Source: Patescibacteria group bacterium (GTDB lineage Bacteria; Patescibacteriota; Microgenomatia; UBA8517). Taken from it: 64,000 nucleotides of DNA. Below the pieces are notes generated by a model. That model saw only the letters and a list, made by a program, of their open reading frames with translations. It did no database searches and was not told where the DNA came from. Positions 26,626-37,658 of this stretch are shown here, in pieces. The translations under genes and the position numbers were made by a program. The stretch covers positions 2,879 to 66,878 of the forward strand of contig DASSIE010000010.1 of NCBI GenBank assembly GCA_035692185.1. Direction: 5' to 3'. Every line of letters begins with the position of its first letter. Position 1 is the stretch's first letter.

Positions 26626-29082
26626 ATGCCTAAAAATAAAAAAAATGTATTAGTAACAGGGTCGGGTGGTTTAATTGGATCTGAGTCAGTGCATTTTTTT
26701 TGCGAAAAAGGATTTAATGTTATAGGAATCGACAATAATATGAGGGAGTATTATTTCGGACAAGAGGCAAGTACGAAAGGTAATGTTAAACAAATAGTTG
26801 ATACATACAAAAATTATAAACATTTTAATTGTGATATAAGGGACTCTGAAAATATTGAAGAAATATTTAAAACTTATAATTTTGATTTAATTATTCATAC
26901 AGCTGCGCAACCATCACATGATTGGGCCGCGAGGGAACCCCAGACTGACTTCAGTGTTAACGCAAACGGGACACTTAACCTGCTCGAGAATTTTAGAAAA
27001 TATTCTCCAAAAGCAGTTTTTATTTATACTTCAACTAATAAAGTTTATGGTGACACACCAAACAAATTGCCACTAATTGAACTAAAAACTAGATATGAGA
27101 TTGAATCAAGTCATAAATATAAAAATGGAATTGATGAATCAATGTCGATCGACAATAGCACTCATTCGTTGTTTGGTGTGTCAAAAGCTTCAGCTGATTT
27201 AATGGTTCAGGAGTACGGGAAATATTTTGGTTTATTTACTGGAGTTTTTAGGGGTGGGTGTCTTACAGGTTCTCGACATGCTGGAACGCAACTCCATGGA
27301 TTTTTGTCGTACTTAATTAAAAGTATTGTTACAGGCAAAAAATATACAATATTTGGTTACAAAGGAAAACAAGTTCGGGATAACATTCATTCACACGACT
27401 TGGTAAACGCTTTTTATCATTTTTATTTAAAACCCAGGATTGGTGAAGTCTATAATATTGGAGGATCAAGATACTCTAACGTCTCGATGTTGGAGGCAAT
27501 TGATAAAATAGAAAAAGTTACAGGCAAAAAAGCCAATGTAGAATATGTTGATGAAAACAGAATAGGAGACCATATTTGGTATGTTTCTTCAGTAAAAAAA
27601 TTTCAATCGCACTATCCAGAATGGAAGTATGAATACGATATAGATGCAACCATTTGGGATATTTGTAAAAATAGTGAATTTGCCAAAGATTTAATTTCAT
27701 TTTCAATTGCAAGGGATTTAGATTATTGGAGAGATAAAAATTGGTATTTTCATAATGCCTTAAAGGATATTTTTAAAACTTTTATTCCAGAGGATTCTAA
27801 AGTGCTTCAAGTTGGGTATGGTTTGGGTGACATATTAGCATCACTTTTTCCAAAAAATGCTTTAAGTGTTGATGACGATCCAAATATAATTATCAGTTCA
27901 ACTAAAAGATATCCCCATATTAGATTTCAGAATTTAGATATCGCCAAAACAAACATAAAAGAAAAATTTGATTATGTGATATTTCCAAACTCAATTGAGC
28001 ACATGTTTGATGTACAAACTGTTTTAGAGAAAGTAAAGAGTAGCCTTCATAAAGATTCAAGAATAATTATCACGTCTGTAAATCCTCGCTGGCAACAGCT
28101 TTTTTCCATATTAGAGAAATTCAAACTTAAAAGACCTGAGGCTCCAAAAAATTGGTTAAGACTTGAAGATCTGGTTAATATTGTTGAAATTTCTGGCTAT
28201 GAAATAGTTAATACAGGCTTTAAAGTTCTTTTACCTACGCATATACCACTTATTAGCAATTGGGTTAATAAGTTTAACTCACGTTTTTGTGTTGAGCAGT
28301 ATTTGGTTGCAAAGTCGAAGATCAAAAGTAAGGCAAAACCACTTACTTGTTCGGTAATAATACCTTGCTTTAACGAGGAGGAAAATATTAAGAAATGTAT
28401 TAATTCCGTGCCGAAGATGGGCAAGAGAACCGAAATAATTGTAGTTGACGACGGGTCAACAGATAAGACTTCAAGTGTTGTTAAAAATTTGATGAAGAAA
28501 AATAAAAATTTAAGATTAATATCATATAAACCAAATAAAGGGAAAGGTTATGCAGTAAAGCAGGGTTTTGATGGTGCCAAAGGGGATGTGGTAATGATTT
28601 TGGATGCTGATATGGCAGTACCTGTATCGGAGTTGCCGAGGTTTTTCAATTTATTAGAGTCTAAAGAAGCTGGTTTTGTAAATGGCACACGTTTAATTTA
28701 TCCAATGGAAGATCAGGCAATGCGGCAATTAAACTTAATTGGAAATCTTGTTTTTGGATGGATATTCTCATGGGTATTAAATCAAAGAATAACAGACACT
28801 TTATGTGGGACCAAAGCATTGCTTAAAAAGGATTATTTAAAAATTAAAATGGGTGGAGAATCATGGGGTGACTTCGACCTATTATTCGGCGCTGCAGAAA
28901 ACAAACTTAAAATCGTAGACATGCCTGTTCACTATATGAGGAGAGTGGCAGGTAAGTCAAAAATGAAAGCATTTCAGCATGGCTTGGTACTAGCTAAAAT
29001 GTGTTTCGTAGGTTGGTGGCGTTTAAAAGCGTCTCCATTATTTCGTAACACGAAAAGAGATGTGAGAAAACGGGTAAAATAA
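26626..29082 (+). CDS. Triple fusion: CDP-paratose/tyvelose 2-epimerase-like SDR + SAM methyltransferase-like + DPM1-like GT2
   Basis: aa 1-350: [30 protein letters not shown]. aa ~360-560: [18 protein letters not shown]. aa ~575-800: IIPCFNE, VDDGSTD, LDADM, DTLCGTK. Confidence 0.85.
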   Translation: MPKNKKNVLVTGSGGLIGSESVHFFCEKGFNVIGIDNNMREYYFGQEASTKGNVKQIVDTYKNYKHFNCDIRDSENIEEIFKTYNFDLIIHTAAQPSHDWAAREPQTDFSVNANGTLNLLENFRKYSPKAVFIYTSTNKVYGDTPNKLPLIELKTRYEIESSHKYKNGIDESMSIDNSTHSLFGVSKASADLMVQEYGKYFGLFTGVFRGGCLTGSRHAGTQLHGFLSYLIKSIVTGKKYTIFGYKGKQVRDNIHSHDLVNAFYHFYLKPRIGEVYNIGGSRYSNVSMLEAIDKIEKVTGKKANVEYVDENRIGDHIWYVSSVKKFQSHYPEWKYEYDIDATIWDICKNSEFAKDLISFSIARDLDYWRDKNWYFHNALKDIFKTFIPEDSKVLQVGYGLGDILASLFPKNALSVDDDPNIIISSTKRYPHIRFQNLDIAKTNIKEKFDYVIFPNSIEHMFDVQTVLEKVKSSLHKDSRIIITSVNPRWQQLFSILEKFKLKRPEAPKNWLRLEDLVNIVEISGYEIVNTGFKVLLPTHIPLISNWVNKFNSRFCVEQYLVAKSKIKSKAKPLTCSVIIPCFNEEENIKKCINSVPKMGKRTEIIVVDDGSTDKTSSVVKNLMKKNKNLRLISYKPNKGKGYAVKQGFDGAKGDVVMILDADMAVPVSELPRFFNLLESKEAGFVNGTRLIYPMEDQAMRQLNLIGNLVFGWIFSWVLNQRITDTLCGTKALLKKDYLKIKMGGESWGDFDLLFGAAENKLKIVDMPVHYMRRVAGKSKMKAFQHGLVLAKMCFVGWWRLKASPLFRNTKRDVRKRVK

Positions 29083-29592
29083 AGGAGTCTCTACAGGTTC
29101 AACTTCATATTTAAGTTTGTTCTTAACAAATATTTTTTTCCATTGATCAGGACGTCTAAAAGTAAACGGAATGCGCATAAACGGGTTATGAATTTTATTT
29201 AAGATGTAATCAGATATTGTTCCAATTAATGTTGGTTGGACCTCAAAGATTAGAACCTGCTTTGATACTCTTAAGGCGTCAAGGATTAATTTTTCCTGGA
29301 TAGTGTATGGAATATGATGAAGAACATCATTAAACATTGCACTTTTAAACTCATTTCTTTTGAAAGGTAAGGAATCCTCCTTTTTAATTAGTTTAAACGC
29401 GATTTTGTTTGTGAGATATTTTAAGGTATCGCATCCATATATCTTTAAATCGAAATCCTCCGCTATCTGCTTACTCACAACTCCATTTCCGCAACCAACA
29501 TCTACGACCTTTTCGTTTGATTTTAGCCACCTTTGATAAGCCTTAATGATTAACTTACCTCGTATTTTTGATGTGTAATCAGCGAGTGCCAT
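29038..29592 (-). CDS. Class I SAM-dependent methyltransferase
   Basis: [17 protein letters not shown]. Confidence 0.85.
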   Translation of the reverse strand: MALADYTSKIRGKLIIKAYQRWLKSNEKVVDVGCGNGVVSKQIAEDFDLKIYGCDTLKYLTNKIAFKLIKKEDSLPFKRNEFKSAMFNDVLHHIPYTIQEKLILDALRVSKQVLIFEVQPTLIGTISDYILNKIHNPFMRIPFTFRRPDQWKKIFVKNKLKYEVEPVETPLFYPFSHISFRVTK

Positions 29593-31351
29593 ATAGTATT
29601 TCTGATTTTATATCTGTTAGTGAGTTGTCGGGCTCGAGTCTAAAAGCAAAAGTGTTTCTTACATCAATTTTTTTTGCGACACCCCAGTTAAACCCCTTAA
29701 GCTTTTCACCGTCTTTAATGGCTGATTTGAATTGTTCCCTGTTTTCAATTACATATAAACTTCCCGGTCTATCGGGCGACTTTTCATATACGATCATTCT
29801 AGGTATAAAACCAAATGTAATCACATCGCGCACAATACTATCGTTACCGTTTTTGGGCTCAAAATAAAATAAATAATCTTTTTTTGGATCCAGATTGGGT
29901 ATTTTAGTAAGTATGTTTTTCCAAACGGTTTGAGATATATCTTCCGAATGTGTCACGATCAAATTTTTTAAATATGATTGTGTCGAGGAATATTGAATAA
30001 GATAAAGTGGTATAACGAGTAGCGCTAACATAAAATTTTGTAAATTAGATTTTTTAATTGCAAACAATACACCGATTAATATTGCAATTGATATTCCGGG
30101 CGCAATTAAATAACGCATAGCCGATGGGATGTAAGTTAATGGAGTAAAGACAAATGGAACTGCGGCAAATCCGACAAGCCAGAAAAGTCCAATAAATAGA
30201 CTCTTTCTGATATTGTCTTGTTTAGCAAAAAAAATGAGAAGTGTACTCGTTACTATTAATGCGCCACCTACCATTGTCAAAAATACAGTGTTTGGTGACA
30301 TAGTGTTTGTACTTATACGGACAAAGAAATTTATTGTGAATATAAGAATAAGCATTAATAGACATATTGCAATAATAAACTTTTTCCTATTCTTTTTTTC
30401 AATAAGTAAAACACCAAGTGCGGTAAGAACTATCGAAAATAATACCCAAAAAGGTAAAAGGAACGCCCTCAACCAAGACATATTTTGAGCTTTATAGACA
30501 GTACGCGGAATTTGAACATGGTTCATATATTGGTCGGTAAAGATCATATTACCAATTGTCGTTAGTGGGTATAGATATTGTTCATAATGGCCATTTTCCA
30601 TAGCTTCTGAGTTTTCCTTAAGCCCTTTACGGACATATGTATCAAAATTAGAGGATCCCGATCCAAGTACTCCCCAGCTTGAAAGTATAAAGAAGGAAAT
30701 AACCCAAATACTATTTATCAGTATAAATTTTTTAATTGAAACAATACCTTTCCAATTTTTGAAAAGGAAATATGTTTCGATTAAAAACAAAACAATAAAA
30801 GCACCATGCATTCTTACTGGAACAGAAATCACTGAAAGGAGAAATAACGGAACACTTGTTAATAAAAGTATTTTCTTCGATGTTTCGTGATACTTTAAAA
30901 CTAGTGCTACAACTATTAAAAATATCGCTAGTCCTAAATATGAATTCATATTAAAAACCCAATTTGTAGATTCGATACCGATTTCACTAACTGCCCAAAA
31001 TAGACTAGCAACAAAAGCAGATAGTCTATTTTTTGTTATTTGAAAAACTAATATATATAGTGATATCGAAACTAGACTTCGAAAAAATAAAGATGCCGCA
31101 AAATATGGAATAGGGTTTAATCCAAAAAACTTATCGATAATACCCATTATTAAGTATGTTGGGCCATACGGGGAAAGATAGCTTACTAAGTCAAATGGAA
31201 TAGACCCAAAATTACCGTGTTGAACTTGATATTTAAAAATGTAAAGAACTAGCCAGTCATCTCCAAACAAACTGAGGCCAAAACTGAGTCTAAAGGCAAT
31301 TGCTCCGATTATTATTACTAACAAAATTGGCAATATATGTTTTCGAATCAT
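29579..31351 (-). CDS. GT-C-fold membrane glycosyltransferase
   Basis: LFGDDW acidic first loop, many TM helices, MRYL motif, C-terminal soluble domain. Confidence 0.65.
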   Translation of the reverse strand: MIRKHILPILLVIIIGAIAFRLSFGLSLFGDDWLVLYIFKYQVQHGNFGSIPFDLVSYLSPYGPTYLIMGIIDKFFGLNPIPYFAASLFFRSLVSISLYILVFQITKNRLSAFVASLFWAVSEIGIESTNWVFNMNSYLGLAIFLIVVALVLKYHETSKKILLLTSVPLFLLSVISVPVRMHGAFIVLFLIETYFLFKNWKGIVSIKKFILINSIWVISFFILSSWGVLGSGSSNFDTYVRKGLKENSEAMENGHYEQYLYPLTTIGNMIFTDQYMNHVQIPRTVYKAQNMSWLRAFLLPFWVLFSIVLTALGVLLIEKKNRKKFIIAICLLMLILIFTINFFVRISTNTMSPNTVFLTMVGGALIVTSTLLIFFAKQDNIRKSLFIGLFWLVGFAAVPFVFTPLTYIPSAMRYLIAPGISIAILIGVLFAIKKSNLQNFMLALLVIPLYLIQYSSTQSYLKNLIVTHSEDISQTVWKNILTKIPNLDPKKDYLFYFEPKNGNDSIVRDVITFGFIPRMIVYEKSPDRPGSLYVIENREQFKSAIKDGEKLKGFNWGVAKKIDVRNTFAFRLEPDNSLTDIKSEILYGTR

Positions 31352-31416
31352 TCTTCGGAGATTATACTTTAACCTCTATATTAATTCTAGCAAGAATATC
31401 ATAAAATAGGTTTCAA

Positions 31417-32196
31417 ATGAGCAAAATAATCTTAGTTACTGGCGCATCATCTGGATTGGGTAAGGCAATCGTAACTAATCTATCAAGTCGAGGGTTTACA
31501 GTTTATGCAGGAGCCCGAGACTTAAGTAAATTAGTAAAAGGCAAAAATATAATCCCAGTTATGCTGGATATTACAATTGATGATAGTTGTAAAAAAGTTG
31601 TAGAAAAGATAATAAAAAAAGACGGCAAAATTGACATTCTTATTAATGTGGCAGGGTATTCTCTCTCTGGGCCAACACTTGACTTTAGTTCAAAAGATTT
31701 CTCATTGATTCTTAACACAAATGTTATTGGAGCATTTCGCTTGATTAAGGAAGTAGTTCCCAATATGCAAAAAAGAAAATCGGGAAAAATAATTAACATA
31801 ACCTCTATGAGTGGTCTCATTGCTTTTCCAAATTTTGGGCTTTATTCAGCATCCAAGTTTGCACTAGAGGCTTTAGGAAAATCGTTGGGATACGAACTTG
31901 CTAAAGATCATATTTCAGTTACAAATGTCGCGCCGGGGGCAATAAAAAGTGAAACTGAAGTTAAACCTTTGTTTAAACACAAAACTGCAAGAGAAAAGTT
32001 TAAATTTTTGAATTTCTTAATGCCGATGGTTACTAAAGAACAAATCTCAAATAAAGTTCTAGACATAATCAAAGATCCAAACCCTCCACCATCTGTAATA
32101 TTGGGAGCTGATACCAAAATAATATACTTCATACAAAAAATACTACCAACAGCTTTATGGAATAAACTCCAATATTTTGTATGGAATAGAAAATGA
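31417..32196 (+). CDS. Classical short-chain dehydrogenase/reductase
   Basis: TGASSGLG, NVAG, YSASK, PG. Confidence 0.9.
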   Translation: MSKIILVTGASSGLGKAIVTNLSSRGFTVYAGARDLSKLVKGKNIIPVMLDITIDDSCKKVVEKIIKKDGKIDILINVAGYSLSGPTLDFSSKDFSLILNTNVIGAFRLIKEVVPNMQKRKSGKIINITSMSGLIAFPNFGLYSASKFALEALGKSLGYELAKDHISVTNVAPGAIKSETEVKPLFKHKTAREKFKFLNFLMPMVTKEQISNKVLDIIKDPNPPPSVILGADTKIIYFIQKILPTALWNKLQYFVWNRK

Positions 32197-33212
32197 ATAA
32201 ACAATTTCCCACTATCTCCATTGTTACAGCTACGTTTAACTCAGGCAAAACACTCGAAAAATGTCTTAAAGCAGTTAGAAGTCAGGATTATCCACAAAAA
32301 AATATTGAAATAATTTTGGGTGATGGTGGATCAACCGATGGTACTCTCGATATTGCCAAAAAATATAAAGCCCGAATAATTAACATCCCGCCTAGTATTC
32401 AAAACGCAGAATACAACAGAGGAGTGGCCTACAATTCGGCAAAAAATGAGTTAGCTCTTATTTTGGATCACGATAACTTTATGCCAACAAAGGATTGGTT
32501 AAAACAAATGACAAAGCCGTTTATAGAAAATCCAAAAATAGTTGCAACAAATACTTGTTATTATCATTACGACAAAAAATTTGATTTGATGGACAGGTAC
32601 TTTGCACTCTTTGGTACAAGTGAGCCATTACCTTACTTTTTACACAAGGCCGACCGAATGCCACAAACTTCAACCAAATGGACTTTGGCTGGTCGGGCAA
32701 TAGATAAAGGAGACTATTATCTGGTTACACTTCCAAAAGATCCGAGAAAATTTCTGTCAATTGGTACAAATGGGTGTTTGATGAGAAGAACTATTGTAAA
32801 TAAATATGCAAATACTAAAGCTACGGAGCATTATCCGATTGATATTATGTTTGAGGTTACAAAATCTGGGCATGATCAGTTCGGGTTTGTAAAAAACTCC
32901 TTGATTCACCTTACTCATTCTGGGGGGTTTATAAAATTTGTAAAAAGAAGGAAGAAATTTGTCGAAGAGTATTATTTTAAAGATAATAAAAAAAGAAGAT
33001 GGAGTGTTGTAATGCCAGGGGACACAAAATATGTATTTTTGTTTGTGCTGTATAGTTTGACTTTAGTTGGACCTATTTTTGAGGCAATTAAAGGTTTTAT
33101 CAAAATTCAAGATATTGCATGGTTCGTCTATCCTTTAATGTGTATTGGAACAACTTTTATTTACGGATATGTCACACTCAAATATAAAATGTTAGAACTA
33201 ATCAAAAAATGA
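32193..33212 (+). CDS. GT2 glycosyltransferase with C-terminal TM helices
   Basis: TATFNS, DGGSTDGT, LDHDN. Confidence 0.85.
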   Translation: MNKQFPTISIVTATFNSGKTLEKCLKAVRSQDYPQKNIEIILGDGGSTDGTLDIAKKYKARIINIPPSIQNAEYNRGVAYNSAKNELALILDHDNFMPTKDWLKQMTKPFIENPKIVATNTCYYHYDKKFDLMDRYFALFGTSEPLPYFLHKADRMPQTSTKWTLAGRAIDKGDYYLVTLPKDPRKFLSIGTNGCLMRRTIVNKYANTKATEHYPIDIMFEVTKSGHDQFGFVKNSLIHLTHSGGFIKFVKRRKKFVEEYYFKDNKKRRWSVVMPGDTKYVFLFVLYSLTLVGPIFEAIKGFIKIQDIAWFVYPLMCIGTTFIYGYVTLKYKMLELIKK

Positions 33213-34339
33213 AAGAAATTCTTGTTGTTTCAATTGGTTTTTCTCCAAACTTGGGGGGTATTGAAACCCACTTTGACGATTTGGTAAAGGCCCTTGACGA
33301 TAGAGGTTGGAAAACATGGGTTTTAACTTATATGCCGATTACAACAAAAGTAAAAGCCAAATTATATGAAAAGCGCGGAAACAATATCAAAATATTAAGA
33401 GTACCTTGGTTTGGAAATTTATTTTACAAATTAGTGGGGAACCCGATATTGGAGTTTATCTATTTAGTTCCAGGTCTTTTTTTTGCACTGCCATTTTTTT
33501 TGTTAGTTAAAGGCAAGAACATAAAAGTAATTGATTCACATGGTTTAATCGCCGGCTTTATTTCAGTTTTCTGGGGAAAAATATTTAGTAAAAGAATAAT
33601 AACAACAACCCATTCCATTTATAATTTTCCGAAAAGAGGTTTTTATAGAAATTTCTCTTTTTGGATTTTTAATAATTCAAATAAAGTTCTTACACTTTCA
33701 AAACAATCAAGAAAAGAAATTCTGGAATTGGGAATACCAGAAAATAAAATAAATGTTTTTAAATATTGGATCGATCTTAATAAATTTCAAGAAATTAAAA
33801 ATGCAAAGAAAATTTTAAGTTGGGATGATAATTTTACAGTTTTGTTTGTTGGTCGTCTGGTTCCAGAAAAGGGGATAATAGAGTTGTTATCTGCAGCTTC
33901 TATGTGGAATAAAAAAATAGAATTAAGGCTTGCTGGTGGCGGGCCACTCGAAAACGAAATTAGAAAAATGGCAAAAAAATATAGAAATATATTTTACCTT
34001 GGGGCCATTAGTCAGCATGAATTACCAAAATATTATTCTGCTGCCGATCTTTTAATCGTTCCATCTGTTTCAGAAGAAGGTTTCGGTAGGGTAATATTGG
34101 AATCCCTTGCTTGTGAAACCCCGGTTTTGGGTTCCAACCGAGGAGCTATCCCTGAAGCAATGGATTCTACAGTTGGGAAGTTAATAGATATTTCACCTGA
34201 CACAATTAAAGAAAGTGTTGAATATTTTTACAGTAACCCTCGAGAATTAAATAAACTTTCCAAAAACGCGAGAAAATATGCACTCAAGAATTTTTCTGAA
34301 AATAATATAAGGCAAATTATGGACTCTTTTGATAAATGA
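33209..34339 (+). CDS. GT4 glycosyltransferase
   Basis: GGIETH, FVGRLVPEKG, EEGFGRVILES. Confidence 0.9.
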   Translation: MKEILVVSIGFSPNLGGIETHFDDLVKALDDRGWKTWVLTYMPITTKVKAKLYEKRGNNIKILRVPWFGNLFYKLVGNPILEFIYLVPGLFFALPFFLLVKGKNIKVIDSHGLIAGFISVFWGKIFSKRIITTTHSIYNFPKRGFYRNFSFWIFNNSNKVLTLSKQSRKEILELGIPENKINVFKYWIDLNKFQEIKNAKKILSWDDNFTVLFVGRLVPEKGIIELLSAASMWNKKIELRLAGGGPLENEIRKMAKKYRNIFYLGAISQHELPKYYSAADLLIVPSVSEEGFGRVILESLACETPVLGSNRGAIPEAMDSTVGKLIDISPDTIKESVEYFYSNPRELNKLSKNARKYALKNFSENNIRQIMDSFDK

Positions 34340-34890
34340 TTGAAATATTAACTTTAATTGCTTCAGACTGGAAAAGGTACACCGGTCTTCATAAAAAAAT
34401 GAATCCGTTATTGTTTTTAGTGGTGTTGTTCAGGAATCCCGGAATGCACTTCTCAGTTCTTTATCGACTTGAATTCTACCTTTTTAATAGTAAGAATCTA
34501 ATTTTAAAGATAATCTCAGCAATTTTTTATCCTTTCTATTTTATTATTACTTATTATATTTTTGATATCGATATCTCCCCAAGAGTAAAAATTGGAAGCG
34601 GCTTATATATTCACAACAAGGGAATTATATTTACTGACCTTGTTGTTGCTGGAAAAAACTTAACTTTAATTGCCCCATTAACTTTAGGTGTAAAAGGGTG
34701 GGGATATGATTTAAGTTATGCTCCGACATTGGGAAACAATGTAGTTGTATATACTGGAGCCAGGATTATTGGAAAAGTTAAAATAGGTAACAACGTTTCA
34801 ATTGGTGCAAATGCCGTTGTTATAAAAAATATACCCAATAACTGTATAGTTGGTGGAATACCGGCTAAAATTTTAAGAAGACTTAAATAA
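34336..34890 (+). CDS. Hexapeptide-repeat O-acetyltransferase (serine acetyltransferase/WcaB-like)
   Basis: KIGSGLYIH, PTLGNNV, IGANAVV, GGIPAK. Confidence 0.85.
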   Translation: MIEILTLIASDWKRYTGLHKKMNPLLFLVVLFRNPGMHFSVLYRLEFYLFNSKNLILKIISAIFYPFYFIITYYIFDIDISPRVKIGSGLYIHNKGIIFTDLVVAGKNLTLIAPLTLGVKGWGYDLSYAPTLGNNVVVYTGARIIGKVKIGNNVSIGANAVVIKNIPNNCIVGGIPAKILRRLK

Positions 34891-35715
34891 AAGAGAATAA
34901 GCGATACCCAAAGCTCCTCCTGTGTATTCAACAACCCTAGCAATTATTAGAAAAAACGTGTCTTTTGGTCTTTGGACAAATAACTTCCAATTCCTTACGT
35001 AACCTGGTCTAATGGGGAAATAGCTTTGGAAAGCTTTTTTAGGTCTTTTTTTAATATATTTTAGCGCGTCTTGACCGTACATGAATGATTTTTTGAAAAG
35101 TTTGCTTATTTTTATCTCACCCTCCATATGTTGTACAACAGTTTTTGTTCTGCCAACTTTATAATTTTTATCCAACAATTTTTGATATAAATCCCAATCG
35201 TCGCCTCCACCACCCAGGCTTTCGTCAAGTCCACCTACAGCAACCCAGGCGCTTTTTCTAAAAAATCTTGGTGACTCTACAGTATCGTCGCCAAAATAAG
35301 CCCTTCGTTCTAATTGTTTTGCCATTGTCCAAACGCCAGTTCCGATCGTATCAAATGGGTATATCACCGCGTCAAATCCTTTCTCGCAAAGGGCCACCGC
35401 GTTCTCAATAAACTTTTTTGCGGGTTTAAAATCAGCATCTGCATACCAAACGTATTTGCCACTCGATTTCTTAACACCATAGTTTCGTCTATAAGGAGCA
35501 TCCATTTTTCCAATAGCTATTTTTGGATCGTATTGAAAAACTTTGGCATGATATTTTTTGGCAACTGGAAGAGTGTTGTCTGTTGAGTTTCCGTCAACTA
35601 TTATCATTTCGATATTCTTGTAAGTTTGATCTCTCATACTTTTTAAACATGCATCCAAAAATGCACCGGTATTTTTTGTAGGTATGACAATTGAAACAAG
35701 TGGTTTAGATTTCAT
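34873..35715 (-). CDS. GT2 glycosyltransferase
   Basis: SIVIPTKN, VDGNSTD, ADAD, GGLDE..GDDWD. Confidence 0.85.
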   Translation of the reverse strand: MKSKPLVSIVIPTKNTGAFLDACLKSMRDQTYKNIEMIIVDGNSTDNTLPVAKKYHAKVFQYDPKIAIGKMDAPYRRNYGVKKSSGKYVWYADADFKPAKKFIENAVALCEKGFDAVIYPFDTIGTGVWTMAKQLERRAYFGDDTVESPRFFRKSAWVAVGGLDESLGGGGDDWDLYQKLLDKNYKVGRTKTVVQHMEGEIKISKLFKKSFMYGQDALKYIKKRPKKAFQSYFPIRPGYVRNWKLFVQRPKDTFFLIIARVVEYTGGALGIAYSLLFKSS

Positions 35716-35756
35716 GAGATTGATTTTACTACTTATTGTATAATAATCGAAATCAT

Positions 35757-36494
35757 ATGCTATCTAAGTTATTTACAAAAATGTTTAATGAAGCCACGGA
35801 GAGAAATATTCATAATATTTTGTCGCTTCTTGAAGAAAACAAAGATGCAAAAGTTATTGATATTGGTTGCGGAGATGGCCAGTCAACCATCCGATATAAA
35901 AGTAAAATAAAATGTAAACAAATTGTAGGCACAGATGGCGTGCAAAGAAGACTTAAAATTGCAAAAAAAAGTGGAATTAAAACAGTTTTTGTTAACTTGG
36001 AAGATAAATGGCCAATCAAGAGTAATAATTTTGATATTGTTATCTCAAATCAAGTAATTGAACATATTTTAAATATAGACAACTTTATTCAAGAAATTTA
36101 TAGAATATTAAAACCGGGAGGATATTGTGTCGTCTCTACAGAAAATTTAGCAAGTTGGCACAACATTTTTGCACTTTTTCTTGGATTGCAAGATTTTTCG
36201 CATACACTTCTCAAAAGAAAGCATCTTGGTAACCCGTTATCAATTTATTATGGTCAAAAAACAAGTACCTGGATATTGGATGGACACGGTGATGGTGATG
36301 ACTCTGCTTATCCCCATATTAAAATACTAACTTATAAAAGTTTGAAAGATGTATTTTTAGAATTTGGATTTCAGTTTGTTAAAGGTAAAGGGAGTGGCTA
36401 TTATCCACTCTTTGGTTTTTTAAGCCGTATTGCAAACAAAATTGATCCTTATCATTCTCATTTTATTACTATTAAAATTAGGAAGCCGATTTAA
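35757..36494 (+). CDS. Class I SAM-dependent methyltransferase
   Basis: IDIGCGDG, FDIVISNQVIEH, ILKPGG; TATAAT at 35739-35744 upstream. Confidence 0.85.
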   Translation: MLSKLFTKMFNEATERNIHNILSLLEENKDAKVIDIGCGDGQSTIRYKSKIKCKQIVGTDGVQRRLKIAKKSGIKTVFVNLEDKWPIKSNNFDIVISNQVIEHILNIDNFIQEIYRILKPGGYCVVSTENLASWHNIFALFLGLQDFSHTLLKRKHLGNPLSIYYGQKTSTWILDGHGDGDDSAYPHIKILTYKSLKDVFLEFGFQFVKGKGSGYYPLFGFLSRIANKIDPYHSHFITIKIRKPI

Positions 36495-37588
36495 TATCTA
36501 TTTATTAGATAGTCAACAACAATTTTTGATGGTTTTCTATTGGTTTTAATTCTAATCTTTTTATACTTTTTATAACTCCCTAGAAACTTTTCCATAGTCT
36601 TATTGTTTCCTTTACTAATTACGACATTCTTATTTAATCCCTCAACTCTTTCAGTCAAATTTCTTAGTCCTAAGTACGGAACACCTAAATAGTAGGCTTC
36701 TTCCTGGCTTGTGCAGCTGTCCGTAGCAATAAATTCGGAATTGTGTATTAAATTTACAAAATCAACATAAGGTAGTTTGGGTAAAATTATCAAATTTTTA
36801 TTTGTTTGACTTAATTCATCCAATTTTGTTGGAGACAATATTTTGGAAGTTAATGCATGCATGACTAGTACACAGTTAAGTTTTTTTGGAGCATTATTCA
36901 TTATTGTTTGAATCATATTCCAAGTTTGATCTTTATTAAAATAAATATGCTCTTGTCTGTGTATAAACAATATATAGTAGTTCTTTAGACTTTTTATATA
37001 ATCTGAATTGTTATTTTTACCAATTGCCCAAGAACAACTTTCTATTAGTGTATTTTCGCCTGTGCTGATTTTTTCGCCTTTATATTTTTTGAGATTATTA
37101 AGTGCCCAAGCATTTGGGGCAAAGAAGATACTCCCAATGCGAGATATTACAAGGCGGCACATTTCCTCTGGAATTGGCTCGAAAATATTAAAGGACCTTA
37201 ATCCTGATTCAATTTGCACAATTTTGACTCTTACCATTTTTCCGACTAGCGCACCAATTAAGGATGAAATCGTATCACCGTGGATAATCAAGTAAAAATC
37301 TTCCCGCTTCGTTTTTTTCAACTCCTTAATAAATAATCTAAGACTTAGGAAAAACGTCTTCATAGTCCAAATAAAGAACCCAAAGAGTGATGATTTACTA
37401 ATTTTCTTTGGTAACTCAATATTGGGGACTAATTTCCCAGTGAAGCTCTTAAACTCGTCAAAATTTATGGCGTTCTGTCCTGAGGTAATAATTTTGAATT
37501 TTGTGTTCCTCCTTTTGAACTCTTTTATAACTGGAGCTAATTTTATAAATTCTGCGGACGTGCCGATAAAGAAGTAAAACCCTTTCAT
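36491..37588 (-). CDS. UDP-N-acetylglucosamine 2-epimerase-like protein (divergent WecB/MnaA family)
   Basis: GTSAEFIK, SGQN, HGDT, ESGLRS, PEE, HRQE, TDS..SQEEA, TER. Confidence 0.75.
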   Translation of the reverse strand: MKGFYFFIGTSAEFIKLAPVIKEFKRRNTKFKIITSGQNAINFDEFKSFTGKLVPNIELPKKISKSSLFGFFIWTMKTFFLSLRLFIKELKKTKREDFYLIIHGDTISSLIGALVGKMVRVKIVQIESGLRSFNIFEPIPEEMCRLVISRIGSIFFAPNAWALNNLKKYKGEKISTGENTLIESCSWAIGKNNNSDYIKSLKNYYILFIHRQEHIYFNKDQTWNMIQTIMNNAPKKLNCVLVMHALTSKILSPTKLDELSQTNKNLIILPKLPYVDFVNLIHNSEFIATDSCTSQEEAYYLGVPYLGLRNLTERVEGLNKNVVISKGNNKTMEKFLGSYKKYKKIRIKTNRKPSKIVVDYLINRY

Positions 37589-37658
37589 ATTTATAATCGG
37601 TTTGATTGTAACATTAAAGCCAGTGTATTTGTATTTTGGATATAATATACTTGCACAA

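Noticed and set aside
2739-37588. Minus-strand islands as recombinase-invertible (shufflon-like) segments
   Set aside because: I saw no inverted repeats at the boundaries I inspected, the convergent ends overlap in coding sequence, and no recombinase is in the window.
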